DNA of 18,536 nucleotides from a virus (Duplodnaviria; Heunggongvirae; Uroviricota; Caudoviricetes): IMG/VR virus record IMGVR_UViG_2744054582_000011, positions 1 to 18,536 of that record; one strand, 5' to 3'. Shown piece by piece: positions 7,238 to 16,236 of this stretch (position 1 is its first letter; each line of letters starts with the position of its first letter). The notes under the pieces were generated by a model. It saw only the letters and a program-made list of their open reading frames with translations, ran no database searches and was not told where the DNA came from. The position numbers and the translations under genes were made by a program.

Positions 7238-9010
7238 ATGACCATCACCACAGACACCACTCTTTTACACGACCCGCGTCGTCAGGCGGCGCTGCTGTAC
7301 TGGCAGGGGTTTTCCGTGCCGCAGATTGCCGCCATGTTGCAGATGAAACGCCCGACGGTGCAGAGCTGGAAACAGCGCGACGGCTGGGACAGCGTTGCCC
7401 CCATCAGCCGTGTCGAAATGAGTCTGGAAGCGCGACTGACCCAGCTCATCATCAAACCGCAGAAAACCGGCGGTGACTTCAAGGAAATTGACCTGCTCGG
7501 ACGCCAGATTGAACGACTGGCACGGGTAAACCGCTACAGTCAGACCGGCAACGAGGCAGACCTTAATCCGAACGTCGCTAACCGCAACAAAGGCGGGCGT
7601 CGCAAACCGAAAAAGAATTTTTTCAGTGACGAGGCCATCGAAAAGCTGGAGCAGATTTTCTTTAAGCAGTCTTTCGACTATCAGCTGCACTGGTATCGCG
7701 CCGGGCTTGAGCACCGCATCCGCGATATTCTGAAATCCCGCCAGATTGGCGCAACGTTTTATTTTTCCCGCGAGGCGCTGCTGCGCGCCCTGAAAACCGG
7801 TCATAACCAGATTTTTCTGTCGGCCAGTAAAACGCAGGCGTATGTGTTCCGCGAATACATCATCGCCTTTGCCCGTCTGGTTGACGTTGACCTGACCGGT
7901 GACCCGATTGTCCTGGGCAATAACGGCGCAAAACTGATTTTTCTCGGCACCAACTCCAACACCGCACAGAGCCATAACGGCGACCTGTACGTCGATGAGA
8001 TTTTCTGGATCCCGAATTTTCAGGTACTGCGTAAGGTGGCATCAGGTATGGCCTCACAGAGTCACCTGCGTTCGACCTATTTCTCCACCCCATCCACGCT
8101 GGCGCACGACGCCTACCCGTTCTGGTCGGGTGAACTGTTCAACCGGGGACGCGCCAGCGCCGCCGAACGTGTGGAAATCGACGTCAGTCATAACGCCCTT
8201 GCCGGTGGGCTTCTCTGTGCGGACGGCCAGTGGCGGCAGATTGTCACCATTGAGGACGCCCTGAAAGGTGGCTGCACGCTGTTCGACATTGAGCAGCTTA
8301 AACGCGAAAACAGCGCCGACGATTTTAAAAACCTGTTCATGTGTGAATTTGTTGACGACAAGGCGTCGGTGTTCCCGTTCGAGGAGCTGCAACGCTGCAT
8401 GGTCGATACGCTGGAAGAATGGGAAGACTATGCGCCGTTTGCCGCCAATCCGTTCGGCTCCCGCCCTGTATGGATTGGTTACGACCCGTCACACCGTGGC
8501 GACAGCGCCGGATGCGTGGTGCTGGCACCGCCGGTGGTGGCCGGTGGCAAATTCAGAATACTTGAGCGTCACCAGTGGAAAGGCATGGACTTTGCCACTC
8601 AGGCGGAATCCATCCGCAAACTCACCGAAAAATACAACGTCGAATACATCGGAATTGATGCCACCGGCCTCGGTGTCGGCGTGTTCCAGCTCGTGCGCTC
8701 GTTCTATCCCGCCGCGCGCGACATCCGCTACACGCCGGAAATGAAAACCGCAATGGTGCTCAAGGCCAAAGACGTTATCCGCCGTGGCTGTCTGGAATAT
8801 GACGTCAGCGCCACCGACATCACCAGCTCGTTTATGGCTATCCGCAAGACCATGACCAGCAGCGGACGCAGCGCCACCTATGAGGCCAGCCGCAGCGAGG
8901 AAGCCAGCCACGCCGACCTCGCCTGGGCGACCATGCACGCCCTGTTAAATGAGCCACTCACCGCCGGTATCAGCACCCCGCTGACATCCACCATTCTGGA
9001 GTTTTACTGA
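7238..9010 (+). CDS. P: Terminase large (ATPase) subunit gpP
   Basis: ORF track starts at 7208; start placed at the ATG at 7238 with upstream GAGG (MTITTDTTLLHDPRRQAALLYWQGF...), giving 590 aa as in P2 P. Stop overlaps the Q start (TGATG). Confidence 0.9.
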   Translation: MTITTDTTLLHDPRRQAALLYWQGFSVPQIAAMLQMKRPTVQSWKQRDGWDSVAPISRVEMSLEARLTQLIIKPQKTGGDFKEIDLLGRQIERLARVNRYSQTGNEADLNPNVANRNKGGRRKPKKNFFSDEAIEKLEQIFFKQSFDYQLHWYRAGLEHRIRDILKSRQIGATFYFSREALLRALKTGHNQIFLSASKTQAYVFREYIIAFARLVDVDLTGDPIVLGNNGAKLIFLGTNSNTAQSHNGDLYVDEIFWIPNFQVLRKVASGMASQSHLRSTYFSTPSTLAHDAYPFWSGELFNRGRASAAERVEIDVSHNALAGGLLCADGQWRQIVTIEDALKGGCTLFDIEQLKRENSADDFKNLFMCEFVDDKASVFPFEELQRCMVDTLEEWEDYAPFAANPFGSRPVWIGYDPSHRGDSAGCVVLAPPVVAGGKFRILERHQWKGMDFATQAESIRKLTEKYNVEYIGIDATGLGVGVFQLVRSFYPAARDIRYTPEMKTAMVLKAKDVIRRGCLEYDVSATDITSSFMAIRKTMTSSGRSATYEASRSEEASHADLAWATMHALLNEPLTAGISTPLTSTILEFY

Positions 9011-10044
9011 TGAGCAAGAAAAAAGGGAAAACACAGCAACCTGCGGCAAAAAAAATGACCGCCAGCGCCCCGAAAATGGAAGCATTCACCTTTGGTGAGC
9101 CGGTGCCGGTACTCGACCGCCGTGACATTCTGGATTACGTCGAGTGCATCAGTAACGGCAGATGGTATGAACCACCGGTCAGCTTTACTGGTCTGGCAAA
9201 AAGCCTGCGTGCTGCCGTGCATCACAGCTCACCGATTTACGTCAAACGTAATATTCTGGCCTCGACATTTATCCCGCATCCGTGGCTGTCCCAGCAGGAT
9301 TTCAGCCGCTTTGTGCTGGATTTTCTGGTGTTCGGTAATGCGTTTCTGGAAAAGCGTTACAGCACCACCGGTAAGGTCATCAGACTGGAAACCTCACCGG
9401 CAAAATATACCCGCCGTGGCGTGGAGGAGGATGTTTACTGGTGGGTGCCGTCCTTCAACGAGCCGACAGCCTTCGCGTCCGGCTCCTTGTTTCACCTGCT
9501 GGAGCCGGATATTAATCAGGAGCTGTACGGCCTGCCGGAATATCTCAGCGCCCTTAACTCTGCCTGGCTGAATGAGTCGGCCACGCTGTTCCGCCGCAAG
9601 TATTACGAAAATGGCGCACATGCCGGATACATCATGTACGTCACCGATGCCGTGCAGGATCGCAACGATATCGAAATGCTCCGCGAAAACATGGTGAAGT
9701 CGAAAGGCCGCAATAACTTTAAAAACCTGTTTCTCTATGCCCCACAGGGGAAAGCCGACGGCATTAAAATTATCCCGCTCAGTGAAGTGGCAACGAAAGA
9801 CGATTTTTTTAATATCAAAAAAGCCAGCGCCGCAGACCTGCTGGACGCGCACCGCATCCCCTTTCAGTTGATGGGCGGCAAGCCGGAGAACGTCGGGTCA
9901 CTGGGAGATATTGAGAAAGTGGCAAAGGTCTTTGTCCGCAATGAGCTTATCCCGCTACAGGACAGGATTCGGGAAATAAACGGCTGGCTCGGCCAGGAGG
10001 TCATCCGCTTTAAAAACTACTCACTGGACACTGACAACGGCTGA
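9010..10044 (+). CDS. Q: Portal protein gpQ
   Basis: 344-aa ORF matching P2 Q in length and position, directly downstream of P and adjacent to cos. Confidence 0.9.
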   Translation: MSKKKGKTQQPAAKKMTASAPKMEAFTFGEPVPVLDRRDILDYVECISNGRWYEPPVSFTGLAKSLRAAVHHSSPIYVKRNILASTFIPHPWLSQQDFSRFVLDFLVFGNAFLEKRYSTTGKVIRLETSPAKYTRRGVEEDVYWWVPSFNEPTAFASGSLFHLLEPDINQELYGLPEYLSALNSAWLNESATLFRRKYYENGAHAGYIMYVTDAVQDRNDIEMLRENMVKSKGRNNFKNLFLYAPQGKADGIKIIPLSEVATKDDFFNIKKASAADLLDAHRIPFQLMGGKPENVGSLGDIEKVAKVFVRNELIPLQDRIREINGWLGQEVIRFKNYSLDTDNG

Positions 10045-10049
10045 ACATC

Positions 10050-10071
10050 GCCGCCTGCGGGCGGCTTTTTT
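10050..10071 (+). terminator. Rho-independent terminator after Q
   Basis: GC stem GCCGCC (10050-10055), loop TGCG, GGCGGC (10060-10065), then TTTTTT (10066-10071), 6 nt after the Q stop. Confidence 0.7.
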
Positions 10072-10214
10072 ACCCCCCCGCCATCACGCCCTCACACGCT
10101 CACCACCGCACAAAACAGCCCGCAGACACACCAACGCCCCGGCGCACACTCTAAACGCCATCACGACGCGCTCAGACGCTGAAAAAATAAAATCAGCACC
10201 ACCGCCAGCGCGCA

Positions 10215-10233
10215 GTGCTTTCCCCGCCTCGCC
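10215..10233. other. cos: cos site (19-nt cohesive end sequence of P2-type phages)
   Basis: gtgctttccccgcctcgcc is the reverse complement of GGCGAGGCGGGGAAAGCAC, the P2 cohesive end as I recall it. It lies just beyond Q as in P2. Confidence 0.8.
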
Positions 10234-10384
10234 CGCCCGCTTCATGGGGCGGTTTTAATGCAGGTGCAATACCGCTTTTGAGCCAAGCCCGTCCTGGCGG
10301 CGCACGGCCAGAACTGGCAACATCTATGCATGCAAAATCATGCACCCTATGCGGGCATTGCTAACATCCGTATTGTCCAGCGTG

Positions 10385-11320
10385 CTATTTGCTTAACAAT
10401 TTATCATTTGGTGTAGCCTCAATAACCCTAATATCCAAGTCTAAATATGCAAAAATCGCACGCGCTTTGGCACAAAATTTTTGGTCTTGACTCAAAATAG
10501 CATCACAATAAATAGCCATAGCGGTGTGGTTCGCATCACTTAAAATGCCAGGCATTTTTTCAATACGGTTAAGCCCCTTGTCAGGGTGGAAACCCAGAAA
10601 ATTAAGAACAGTATGGCAACCTGCAACTCCCAAATATAAAGGCCACTCTTCATAACCCTGTTTATTCAGTGGGTCAAATCCATAGAATTGATCAATTGTT
10701 ATTCCCTGATAATTATCACGCAACATATCCCATATCAGCTTCAAGGGATTATCCTTTATTGAAAGGTTACTTGCCCTACCGTTACCGGTGCCGATTGCCG
10801 CACGTGACGTTACCAGGCTTTGAGCATTCTGTAATTGCCCGTGAGTAACTAACTTAATGTCTTCAACTGCCTGTTCTATCTGAGATTCAATTTCGTCAGT
10901 GATGAGGTCATGTGGTGATAAGAGAGCATAAAGAAACTCTTTTAATTTATTATGTTGATGAAGAATTTCACTGTAATTATCTGCGCCAGCTAACCGTATC
11001 AAAAACTGCATTTGTGATTGTATGCATTCATCAACATGGATTTCATTGATGTTATCAAGCCACTGCTGATACATATCCTTTGGCTCACAATAATCATGAA
11101 GAAATGCACGCCCGGTAAGCCTAAATTGATTATCGAATTCGAGTTCCAACTTTCTTGCTTTAAGCTGTCTCAACACATCTAAAAATCGCATATCTCTAGC
11201 GCGTTTTATTTCATTGAAGTTTTCGTCAGAATAAACCCATATCGTGTCATCAGGCACTTCTAAGGTCATTCTATTCTTGCTTAGGTCGTCCAAAATATTG
11301 TGGTCAAGATAAATCTTCAT
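10385..11320 (-). CDS. Uncharacterised 311-aa cargo protein at the tin/old hotspot; candidate anti-phage or accessory gene
   Basis: ATG at 11318-11320 preceded by GAGGTG. Visibly AT-rich compared with flanking A and Q. Sits where P2 carries orf91/tin/old, with no resemblance to either that I can see. No Walker A or other motif I can assign. Confidence 0.7.
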   Translation of the reverse strand: MKIYLDHNILDDLSKNRMTLEVPDDTIWVYSDENFNEIKRARDMRFLDVLRQLKARKLELEFDNQFRLTGRAFLHDYCEPKDMYQQWLDNINEIHVDECIQSQMQFLIRLAGADNYSEILHQHNKLKEFLYALLSPHDLITDEIESQIEQAVEDIKLVTHGQLQNAQSLVTSRAAIGTGNGRASNLSIKDNPLKLIWDMLRDNYQGITIDQFYGFDPLNKQGYEEWPLYLGVAGCHTVLNFLGFHPDKGLNRIEKMPGILSDANHTAMAIYCDAILSQDQKFCAKARAIFAYLDLDIRVIEATPNDKLLSK

Positions 11321-11679
11321 AACACCTCAACGTGACGTTGGGAAACATTACCAATACGCGAAATTTCTGATTCTAATGATATCTTACTTTTCCCATGTCA
11401 TAGCTAACGCCTCGCGGGCTCGTTGTTCATCCCGACCAGCACTGAAAGAGAGTTTCAGCATCGACGGCGTTTTCTTTGGTCAGATAGATCACCTCCCTTC
11501 GAAGCAACCATACCCCTTCACCATGCACTTATTGTTTATAAAAACAGCCGTGATTTTCAGCTCTGTTGCTATCCGTTCCTCACTGTCTTTGCGGTCTTGC
11601 TCACCCGCCCAACAAAGAAGCAGTAAGAAAAGCCACAGCCCAGCAATCTACCCAACAATAACACAGATTTTTCTCACAA

Positions 11680-13965
11680 TTACCCCCATTCATATATACC
11701 AGTAAACCCCGGCCACTCATCAGCAACAGGATATGTGAATTTCTGCCCGTCGTATATCACAGACGCCCCGCGCGCCAGCGCCTCAAGCTCCCATCGCTGC
11801 GGCCTGATACCGTTCTGAGCAAGGTCAACGCGGATACGGGTAATTTGCATTCGTTCCGGCCGGGTCAGTCTGGCCGATGGTGCCATTTCATGCGGTTTTA
11901 ACGGGCTTCCGTTTCTTTGCTGACGATTTGGTGTTCTCAGTCCGTGTTTTAATGCACCTCTGAGCGCCCTCACGACCTCCGGGTCATTCCATTCGATAAC
12001 ACCGTCATCAACCAGATTAAGCACTGCTGCGGCGTGTTCAGAAGGTGTGGGAGCCGGTAACGAAGTATCACCACCGGTGACCTTTCCACAGTTATTGACA
12101 GGACTCCGAGGCGCGGCGATGCCGCTTTTTAAAGTCAAAGGCTCAACGACAGGAACTTTCGGAACAATGCGCCAGTCCGTGGTTCTGGTGATATGAATAT
12201 GACGCGCGCCGAGATGCGGCGCGTAAATGCCGACCACTCTCTCGACTTCTTCCTCATACTCGTTAACGTCATCCGACGGGCTACGGGCAACCCTGACAGT
12301 CTGACAATCGCGCGGGACATTTGCCCCACCCTGCGCGCTGATATACAACGCAAAATCACCACTGTCTGCGGCGGCGCGTGCAGCCTCGACGCGTTCGTCA
12401 AACTCATCAGCAATGCTGACGCCACGAGGCAATTTGCGTAGTTCACGGTAAGCCCCCATTGTCGGCAGACCAACCGTTTTAAATTGCGGGATACGCCACG
12501 TTGACGCCCATGCGGTAACAGCCGCTGCAGTGTCTTTCAGCGGCCTGCCGGTATCGTTATCGAGCTGACCATCCAGTGCATAGCCGTCGATGTTTTTTGA
12601 GATGTATTTTGCGATATACCCCGCAGCACCGCCCCGGTTAAGGTGTTTTGCCTGAAAACGGTTTCGCGCGGCTCCTCTTTCGTCGCCATCCTCTTTAAGC
12701 GCATAGCGACGCATGATTTCGATAATCTGGTTACGCTGGCGTGGATTACAAAAAAGCATCATATGCCAGTGCGGCGTTCCGTCGTGGTGTGGCTCAACGA
12801 CACGCAAACCGTAGGCCTGTAAATCATTATCCTTGAATGCCGTGCGCATCAGGCTCCAGATACGGCAGAGATATCGCTGCGCATCCTTTGGATTAAATGC
12901 CTCATCATTCCAGCCGTGATTAAGCTGGACGGTTTTACTTTCGCCTTTTCCGACCTGACGTGTCGGGTGATACTTTGACGGCGCGGTCAGCGTGATAAAC
13001 ATCCCCACATCGCCCTCTGCGGCGGCGTAACGCTCAATACCGGCAATGGTGTTCATCAACTCCATCCGACGAATTTCAGGATTAGAAATACTGCCCATCA
13101 CCTTACTGATAAGGTCGATGCGCTCGCCGGTTTCCCTGTTTTCGAGGTCACACGATTTAAGAAATTCCAGATTTGCCTGGCGGCGTGCACGCACATCACG
13201 AATGGCGTGTTTACTGGCATAAGGAGAACGGTCTTTATTGACCTCCCCGACAGCAATCAGTAACGCCTCATGCCAGCGCATACGCTGGCCTTTAAGCTGA
13301 TGAGTCCACCACTCATCGTTAAACAGGTGGGCAATGGCAGAATATGCCTGCCTCGTGGTCATCTGTCCTTTACGGTATTTTTTCCAGTAGAGCGGGGAAA
13401 TATTGAAAGCACGTGCAGCGCCAGCAACATGACCATACAGGTGAGCCTGCGCCTCATCCGTAAACAGCGATTCTTTTTCGCCATGCGCATCCACCCAGGC
13501 ATCGCTGAGTTCCTCATACATCATGAAAAGCTGCGATGAGATACGGGCGGCAAACTTTTTCAGCTCCTTGTCATTCATTCCAGGCAGGCGCGCATAGTGG
13601 TCACGCTCTGCCAGAAACAGCAACGACGCGTCGGTGTTCATTTCATGGCGCTGATTCACACGCTCAATGCGCGGCCATAAACGACGCTGAAAAGTGGATG
13701 TGAGGAAATAAAACCCGTGCACCGGGCTTTTATTGCGCCGGATGTAGTCATAGCGTGAAGTAAACAGCGAGCGCAAAAAGTAAGGCAGGCGGTTAATCGT
13801 GGATAAAACACCTTGCACCTGACGCATCTCGTCACGTGTAAGGGGTCTTTCGCGCCCGACAGCCTCGCGTGGCGCGTTCCATGTATAAGCACCGGTAAAC
13901 GCCTTACCGGTGCCTGCGGCAAATGCTGACGGAGGGACAAAACGCCCGGAGGCTTTAACGGCCAT
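11680..13965 (-). CDS. A: Rolling-circle replication initiator gpA
   Basis: ORF track extends to 14007; start placed at the ATG at 13963-13965 (MAVKASGRFVPPSAFAAGTGK...), giving 761 aa as in P2 A. Near-identical to P2 A along its length as I recall it. Confidence 0.9.
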   Translation of the reverse strand: MAVKASGRFVPPSAFAAGTGKAFTGAYTWNAPREAVGRERPLTRDEMRQVQGVLSTINRLPYFLRSLFTSRYDYIRRNKSPVHGFYFLTSTFQRRLWPRIERVNQRHEMNTDASLLFLAERDHYARLPGMNDKELKKFAARISSQLFMMYEELSDAWVDAHGEKESLFTDEAQAHLYGHVAGAARAFNISPLYWKKYRKGQMTTRQAYSAIAHLFNDEWWTHQLKGQRMRWHEALLIAVGEVNKDRSPYASKHAIRDVRARRQANLEFLKSCDLENRETGERIDLISKVMGSISNPEIRRMELMNTIAGIERYAAAEGDVGMFITLTAPSKYHPTRQVGKGESKTVQLNHGWNDEAFNPKDAQRYLCRIWSLMRTAFKDNDLQAYGLRVVEPHHDGTPHWHMMLFCNPRQRNQIIEIMRRYALKEDGDERGAARNRFQAKHLNRGGAAGYIAKYISKNIDGYALDGQLDNDTGRPLKDTAAAVTAWASTWRIPQFKTVGLPTMGAYRELRKLPRGVSIADEFDERVEAARAAADSGDFALYISAQGGANVPRDCQTVRVARSPSDDVNEYEEEVERVVGIYAPHLGARHIHITRTTDWRIVPKVPVVEPLTLKSGIAAPRSPVNNCGKVTGGDTSLPAPTPSEHAAAVLNLVDDGVIEWNDPEVVRALRGALKHGLRTPNRQQRNGSPLKPHEMAPSARLTRPERMQITRIRVDLAQNGIRPQRWELEALARGASVIYDGQKFTYPVADEWPGFTGIYEWG

Positions 13966-14230
13966 ATGAGCCAAAAGCCTCTGAGCAACGCTTGCTGAGT
14001 TGCTCAACCTGCGCGTTTAAATCAGCAAAAGACTTTGCGCTTCCGGTCAGAATATCGTGATGCATCAGGCCGGAAACGAGCTGGCTTAATTTCCGGTAAT
14101 AACCAACCACCGCCAGCCATTCCTGACCGGCGTTTTTACCGCTTTCCGCTCTCTTTTTCTCGTGGAGAATAAACTGAAAGCTGTCACTGGTAACGACATA
14201 ACGTTCGCCAATTTCAATACGAATACTCAT
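13955..14230 (-). CDS. Small early protein, P2 orf83-like
   Basis: 91-aa ORF, ATG at 14228-14230, overlaps the TraR-like stop (ATGA) and the A start; position immediately upstream of A. Confidence 0.6.
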   Translation of the reverse strand: MSIRIEIGERYVVTSDSFQFILHEKKRAESGKNAGQEWLAVVGYYRKLSQLVSGLMHHDILTGSAKSFADLNAQVEQLSKRCSEAFGSYGR

Positions 14231-14451
14231 GCCGTTCTCCGGTAATGTTTGTTTTTTGCTTCAAAGACTGACTGACAGGAAACACAACGCGTGGCTGACG
14301 GATAAGCCGCACGACGGGCAGCAGGTATTGGCGCATCACACTCTTCGCAAACCAGCGCAGAAGCACCGCAATGTTTTACCCTTGCCGCGTTAATCTGGCG
14401 CTCCAGTAATTCAGCCTGTTGTTCCTGAATAAAATCTACGTTGTCCGACAT
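14227..14451 (-). CDS. TraR/DksA-type C4 zinc-finger protein (P2 orf82-like)
   Basis: 74 aa with CEEC...CVSC four-cysteine motif (HCGASALVCEECDAPIP...RCVSCQ); ATG at 14449-14451 overlapping the upstream stop. Confidence 0.7.
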   Translation of the reverse strand: MSDNVDFIQEQQAELLERQINAARVKHCGASALVCEECDAPIPAARRAAYPSATRCVSCQSVFEAKNKHYRRTA

Positions 14452-14741
14452 TACCAGCTCCTTTTGTCGTTCAGTTTTTTAAATTCATCAGCGCAATAGC
14501 TGGCGATTTCTGTCGTTAATTTCGTCAGTTCATCCACGGAGGAAATTTGCCTGTGGAATACAGCGCGTTTAACAAGTAAATTGACCACATCAGACAGGAG
14601 GTTTAATTTATCCGCATAAATGGCTATAGTTGATTCCACCATATCCCCAGTGTTTTTATCGCGTTTAATATCAGCTAGCGACAAATCACCGTTTTTCATA
14701 ACTGAAATCTTCAGCCAGTTATTAAGCAATATATTTTTCAT
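14451..14741 (-). CDS. Hypothetical protein (96 aa), AT-rich, within the early operon
   Basis: ATG at 14739-14741 overlaps the stop of the upstream ORF (ATGA coupling). Visibly lower GC than B and A. No recognisable motif. Confidence 0.55.
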   Translation of the reverse strand: MKNILLNNWLKISVMKNGDLSLADIKRDKNTGDMVESTIAIYADKLNLLSDVVNLLVKRAVFHRQISSVDELTKLTTEIASYCADEFKKLNDKRSW

Positions 14742-14983
14742 TCGCTGTATGCCCTCTCCGCAGAATCAATCATTTCCCGGCCATTATCGGTAATACAGAA
14801 ACCTTCTCTTGATTTGGTCACAAGTCCCCATTTCCCCATTGCTATAAATGTTTTTTCCACACGGCTAGGCCAAGAGCGGAAGACATCGCTTGAAGGATGT
14901 AGTGGAGTCTTGTCATCTAATTTTTTAAGTAATGAAAGTTGATAATCTGTTAAGCGTTTCCTTAACCATTTTGTATTTGTCAT
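14738..14983 (-). CDS. Hypothetical protein (about 81 aa), AT-rich, within the early operon
   Basis: ORF track starts at a TTG at 14989; more likely start is the ATG at 14981-14983 with AGGAAA about 9 nt upstream (MTNTKWLRKRL...). Confidence 0.5.
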   Translation of the reverse strand: MTNTKWLRKRLTDYQLSLLKKLDDKTPLHPSSDVFRSWPSRVEKTFIAMGKWGLVTKSREGFCITDNGREMIDSAERAYSE

Positions 14984-14997
14984 TTCCAACTTTCCTG

Positions 14998-15210
14998 TTA
15001 TTTATTGAGTCCTAGATTATGGAATTTGGCAGACTCCTGACTGAGCAACTCGACTATCTCCACGCTGGATAACTCCGCCTTTGTGATGTGGCGAATCATG
15101 GCATCAAGATGAGACGAAAAGCGCGTTGCTGCGTCAGCCTGTGCTTCGGTTCTGGCCTGTTGCAGCATTAATGCGTATTTACCGCACTGATTTTCAGAAA
15201 CTGTATGCAT
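14998..15210 (-). CDS. Hypothetical small early protein (70 aa)
   Basis: ATG at 15208-15210 preceded by GGAGA; same strand as and downstream of B. Possibly the P2 orf80/orf81 equivalent. Confidence 0.5.
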   Translation of the reverse strand: MHTVSENQCGKYALMLQQARTEAQADAATRFSSHLDAMIRHITKAELSSVEIVELLSQESAKFHNLGLNK

Positions 15211-15273
15211 GACTTTCTCCAGGCAAAAAGAAGCCCCGCACGATTAAGTGCGTTAAAAACTTTGGTTAATTAC

Positions 15274-15774
15274 TTAATGCAGATATTGCTCTGGTTTTAC
15301 CGACGTCAGAATTGTCGGTGCATACTCAAACAGACTGAATAATTCACGTAATGCACGGAATAAAGCATCACGCCAGTAACATGACTCTTCATTAATTCGC
15401 CAGTATGGCTGGTTAAATTCTTTTTCTGTCAGTCGTGCGTGCATAAATAAAGTGCGACGCTGACTGACTGTTAAAAAACTAATATATGCATACTCACTTG
15501 CGCCAACCTGACGGCGTTTTGAGAATGCCCCGCGCAATTCATCAATTGCACAAACCAGCCGTTCACGTTCGACGTCGTTCATTTCTTCAAAACGCATCGT
15601 TGCGTGACGCTGTTTTAACTGCGCATGAAAGCAAACCGTTAGCCGTTCGCGTTCCATCATCTGATTATAATAATCACATGTATCCTGCCAGCGAGGGACG
15701 GCCAGATGCTTACCAATTATCCGGCGCATAGCTGCTGGCTGTTTTTCGACGAGATTAAGTGTCATCACTGTCAT
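15274..15774 (-). CDS. B: Replication protein gpB (helicase-loader-like)
   Basis: ORF track extends to 15825; start placed at the ATG at 15772-15774 (MTVMTLNLVEKQPAAMRRIIGK...), giving 166 aa as in P2 B and overlapping the upstream stop (ATGA). Confidence 0.8.
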   Translation of the reverse strand: MTVMTLNLVEKQPAAMRRIIGKHLAVPRWQDTCDYYNQMMERERLTVCFHAQLKQRHATMRFEEMNDVERERLVCAIDELRGAFSKRRQVGASEYAYISFLTVSQRRTLFMHARLTEKEFNQPYWRINEESCYWRDALFRALRELFSLFEYAPTILTSVKPEQYLH

Positions 15775-15941
15775 TTCCAGACCCTCCGGCTTTTCAGAAA
15801 GGTCAGAGCCTTCTTTAACGGACACTGTTTTTTGGTGCGGATAATGATTCCCTTGCGTCCCTTCCCGTGGGTGATGGTGAAGTCAATCGCCCTGGGGCTT
15901 TCGTTACGCAATAACTGAGCAATACAACGAGGTTCCTGCAT
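15771..15941 (-). CDS. Small basic early protein (56 aa), orf78-like
   Basis: ATG at 15939-15941 preceded by AGGAGG; stop overlaps the B start; product MQEPRCIAQLLRNESPRAIDFTITHGKGRKGIIIRTKKQ... I cannot confirm identity to P2 orf78. Confidence 0.5.
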   Translation of the reverse strand: MQEPRCIAQLLRNESPRAIDFTITHGKGRKGIIIRTKKQCPLKKALTFLKSRRVWK

Positions 15942-16041
15942 AACTCCTCCTGAAACAGAGCCGGTTTTTAGCCATGTCCGGCACATGGTCTTGTGGTAAG
16001 ATCGAATCGCCAAAAACAACCAACCACAAGCGAGGTAATAA

Positions 16042-16236
16042 ATGAATAATCAAAATATTGACGAACTTATAACCACTCTCGAAAAAGCGGTTGCATTAGC
16101 AAATACCCTGCCAACTCCAATGGGAGATTTTGAGGACGCTAAAAAAGTGGATGAATTAACTATTCAATTAAGAGAGATCATTCACCCTAAAAAGCCAGTC
16201 CAACTCAAAGGCTTTATTGATATAAATCATTTTTAA
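16042..16236 (+). CDS. Hypothetical 64-aa protein, opposite strand to the early operon, convergent with the 154-aa gene
   Basis: ATG at 16042 with GAGGT 6 nt upstream; AT-rich; 3' end overlaps the 3' end of the 154-aa gene by 23 nt. Confidence 0.45.
   Translation: MNNQNIDELITTLEKAVALANTLPTPMGDFEDAKKVDELTIQLREIIHPKKPVQLKGFIDINHF

Noticed and set aside
7265-7975. 236-aa minus-strand ORF inside the terminase gene P, and similar antisense ORFs at 8489-8938 and 9394-9852
   Set aside because: Fully contained antisense within P and Q, which are strongly supported. Shadow ORFs.
11376-11705. 109-aa plus-strand ORF in the A-to-cargo intergenic region
   Set aside because: No RBS, overlaps the 3' end of A on the other strand, and the translation is Ser/Ile/Pro-rich low complexity. 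More likely a noncoding leader/promoter for the 311-aa gene, though a small regulator cannot be excluded.
12135-13988. ORFs inside gene A on either strand (12135-12473, 12193-12441, 13270-13539, 13656-13988)
   Set aside because: Nested within the full-length, P2-identical A reading frame. No independent support.
15972-15988. Near-palindrome CCATGT-CCGGC-ACATGG upstream of the 64-aa ORF, considered as a terminator
   Set aside because: No T-tract on either strand and only 6-bp arms. At most a candidate protein-binding site; too weak to call.
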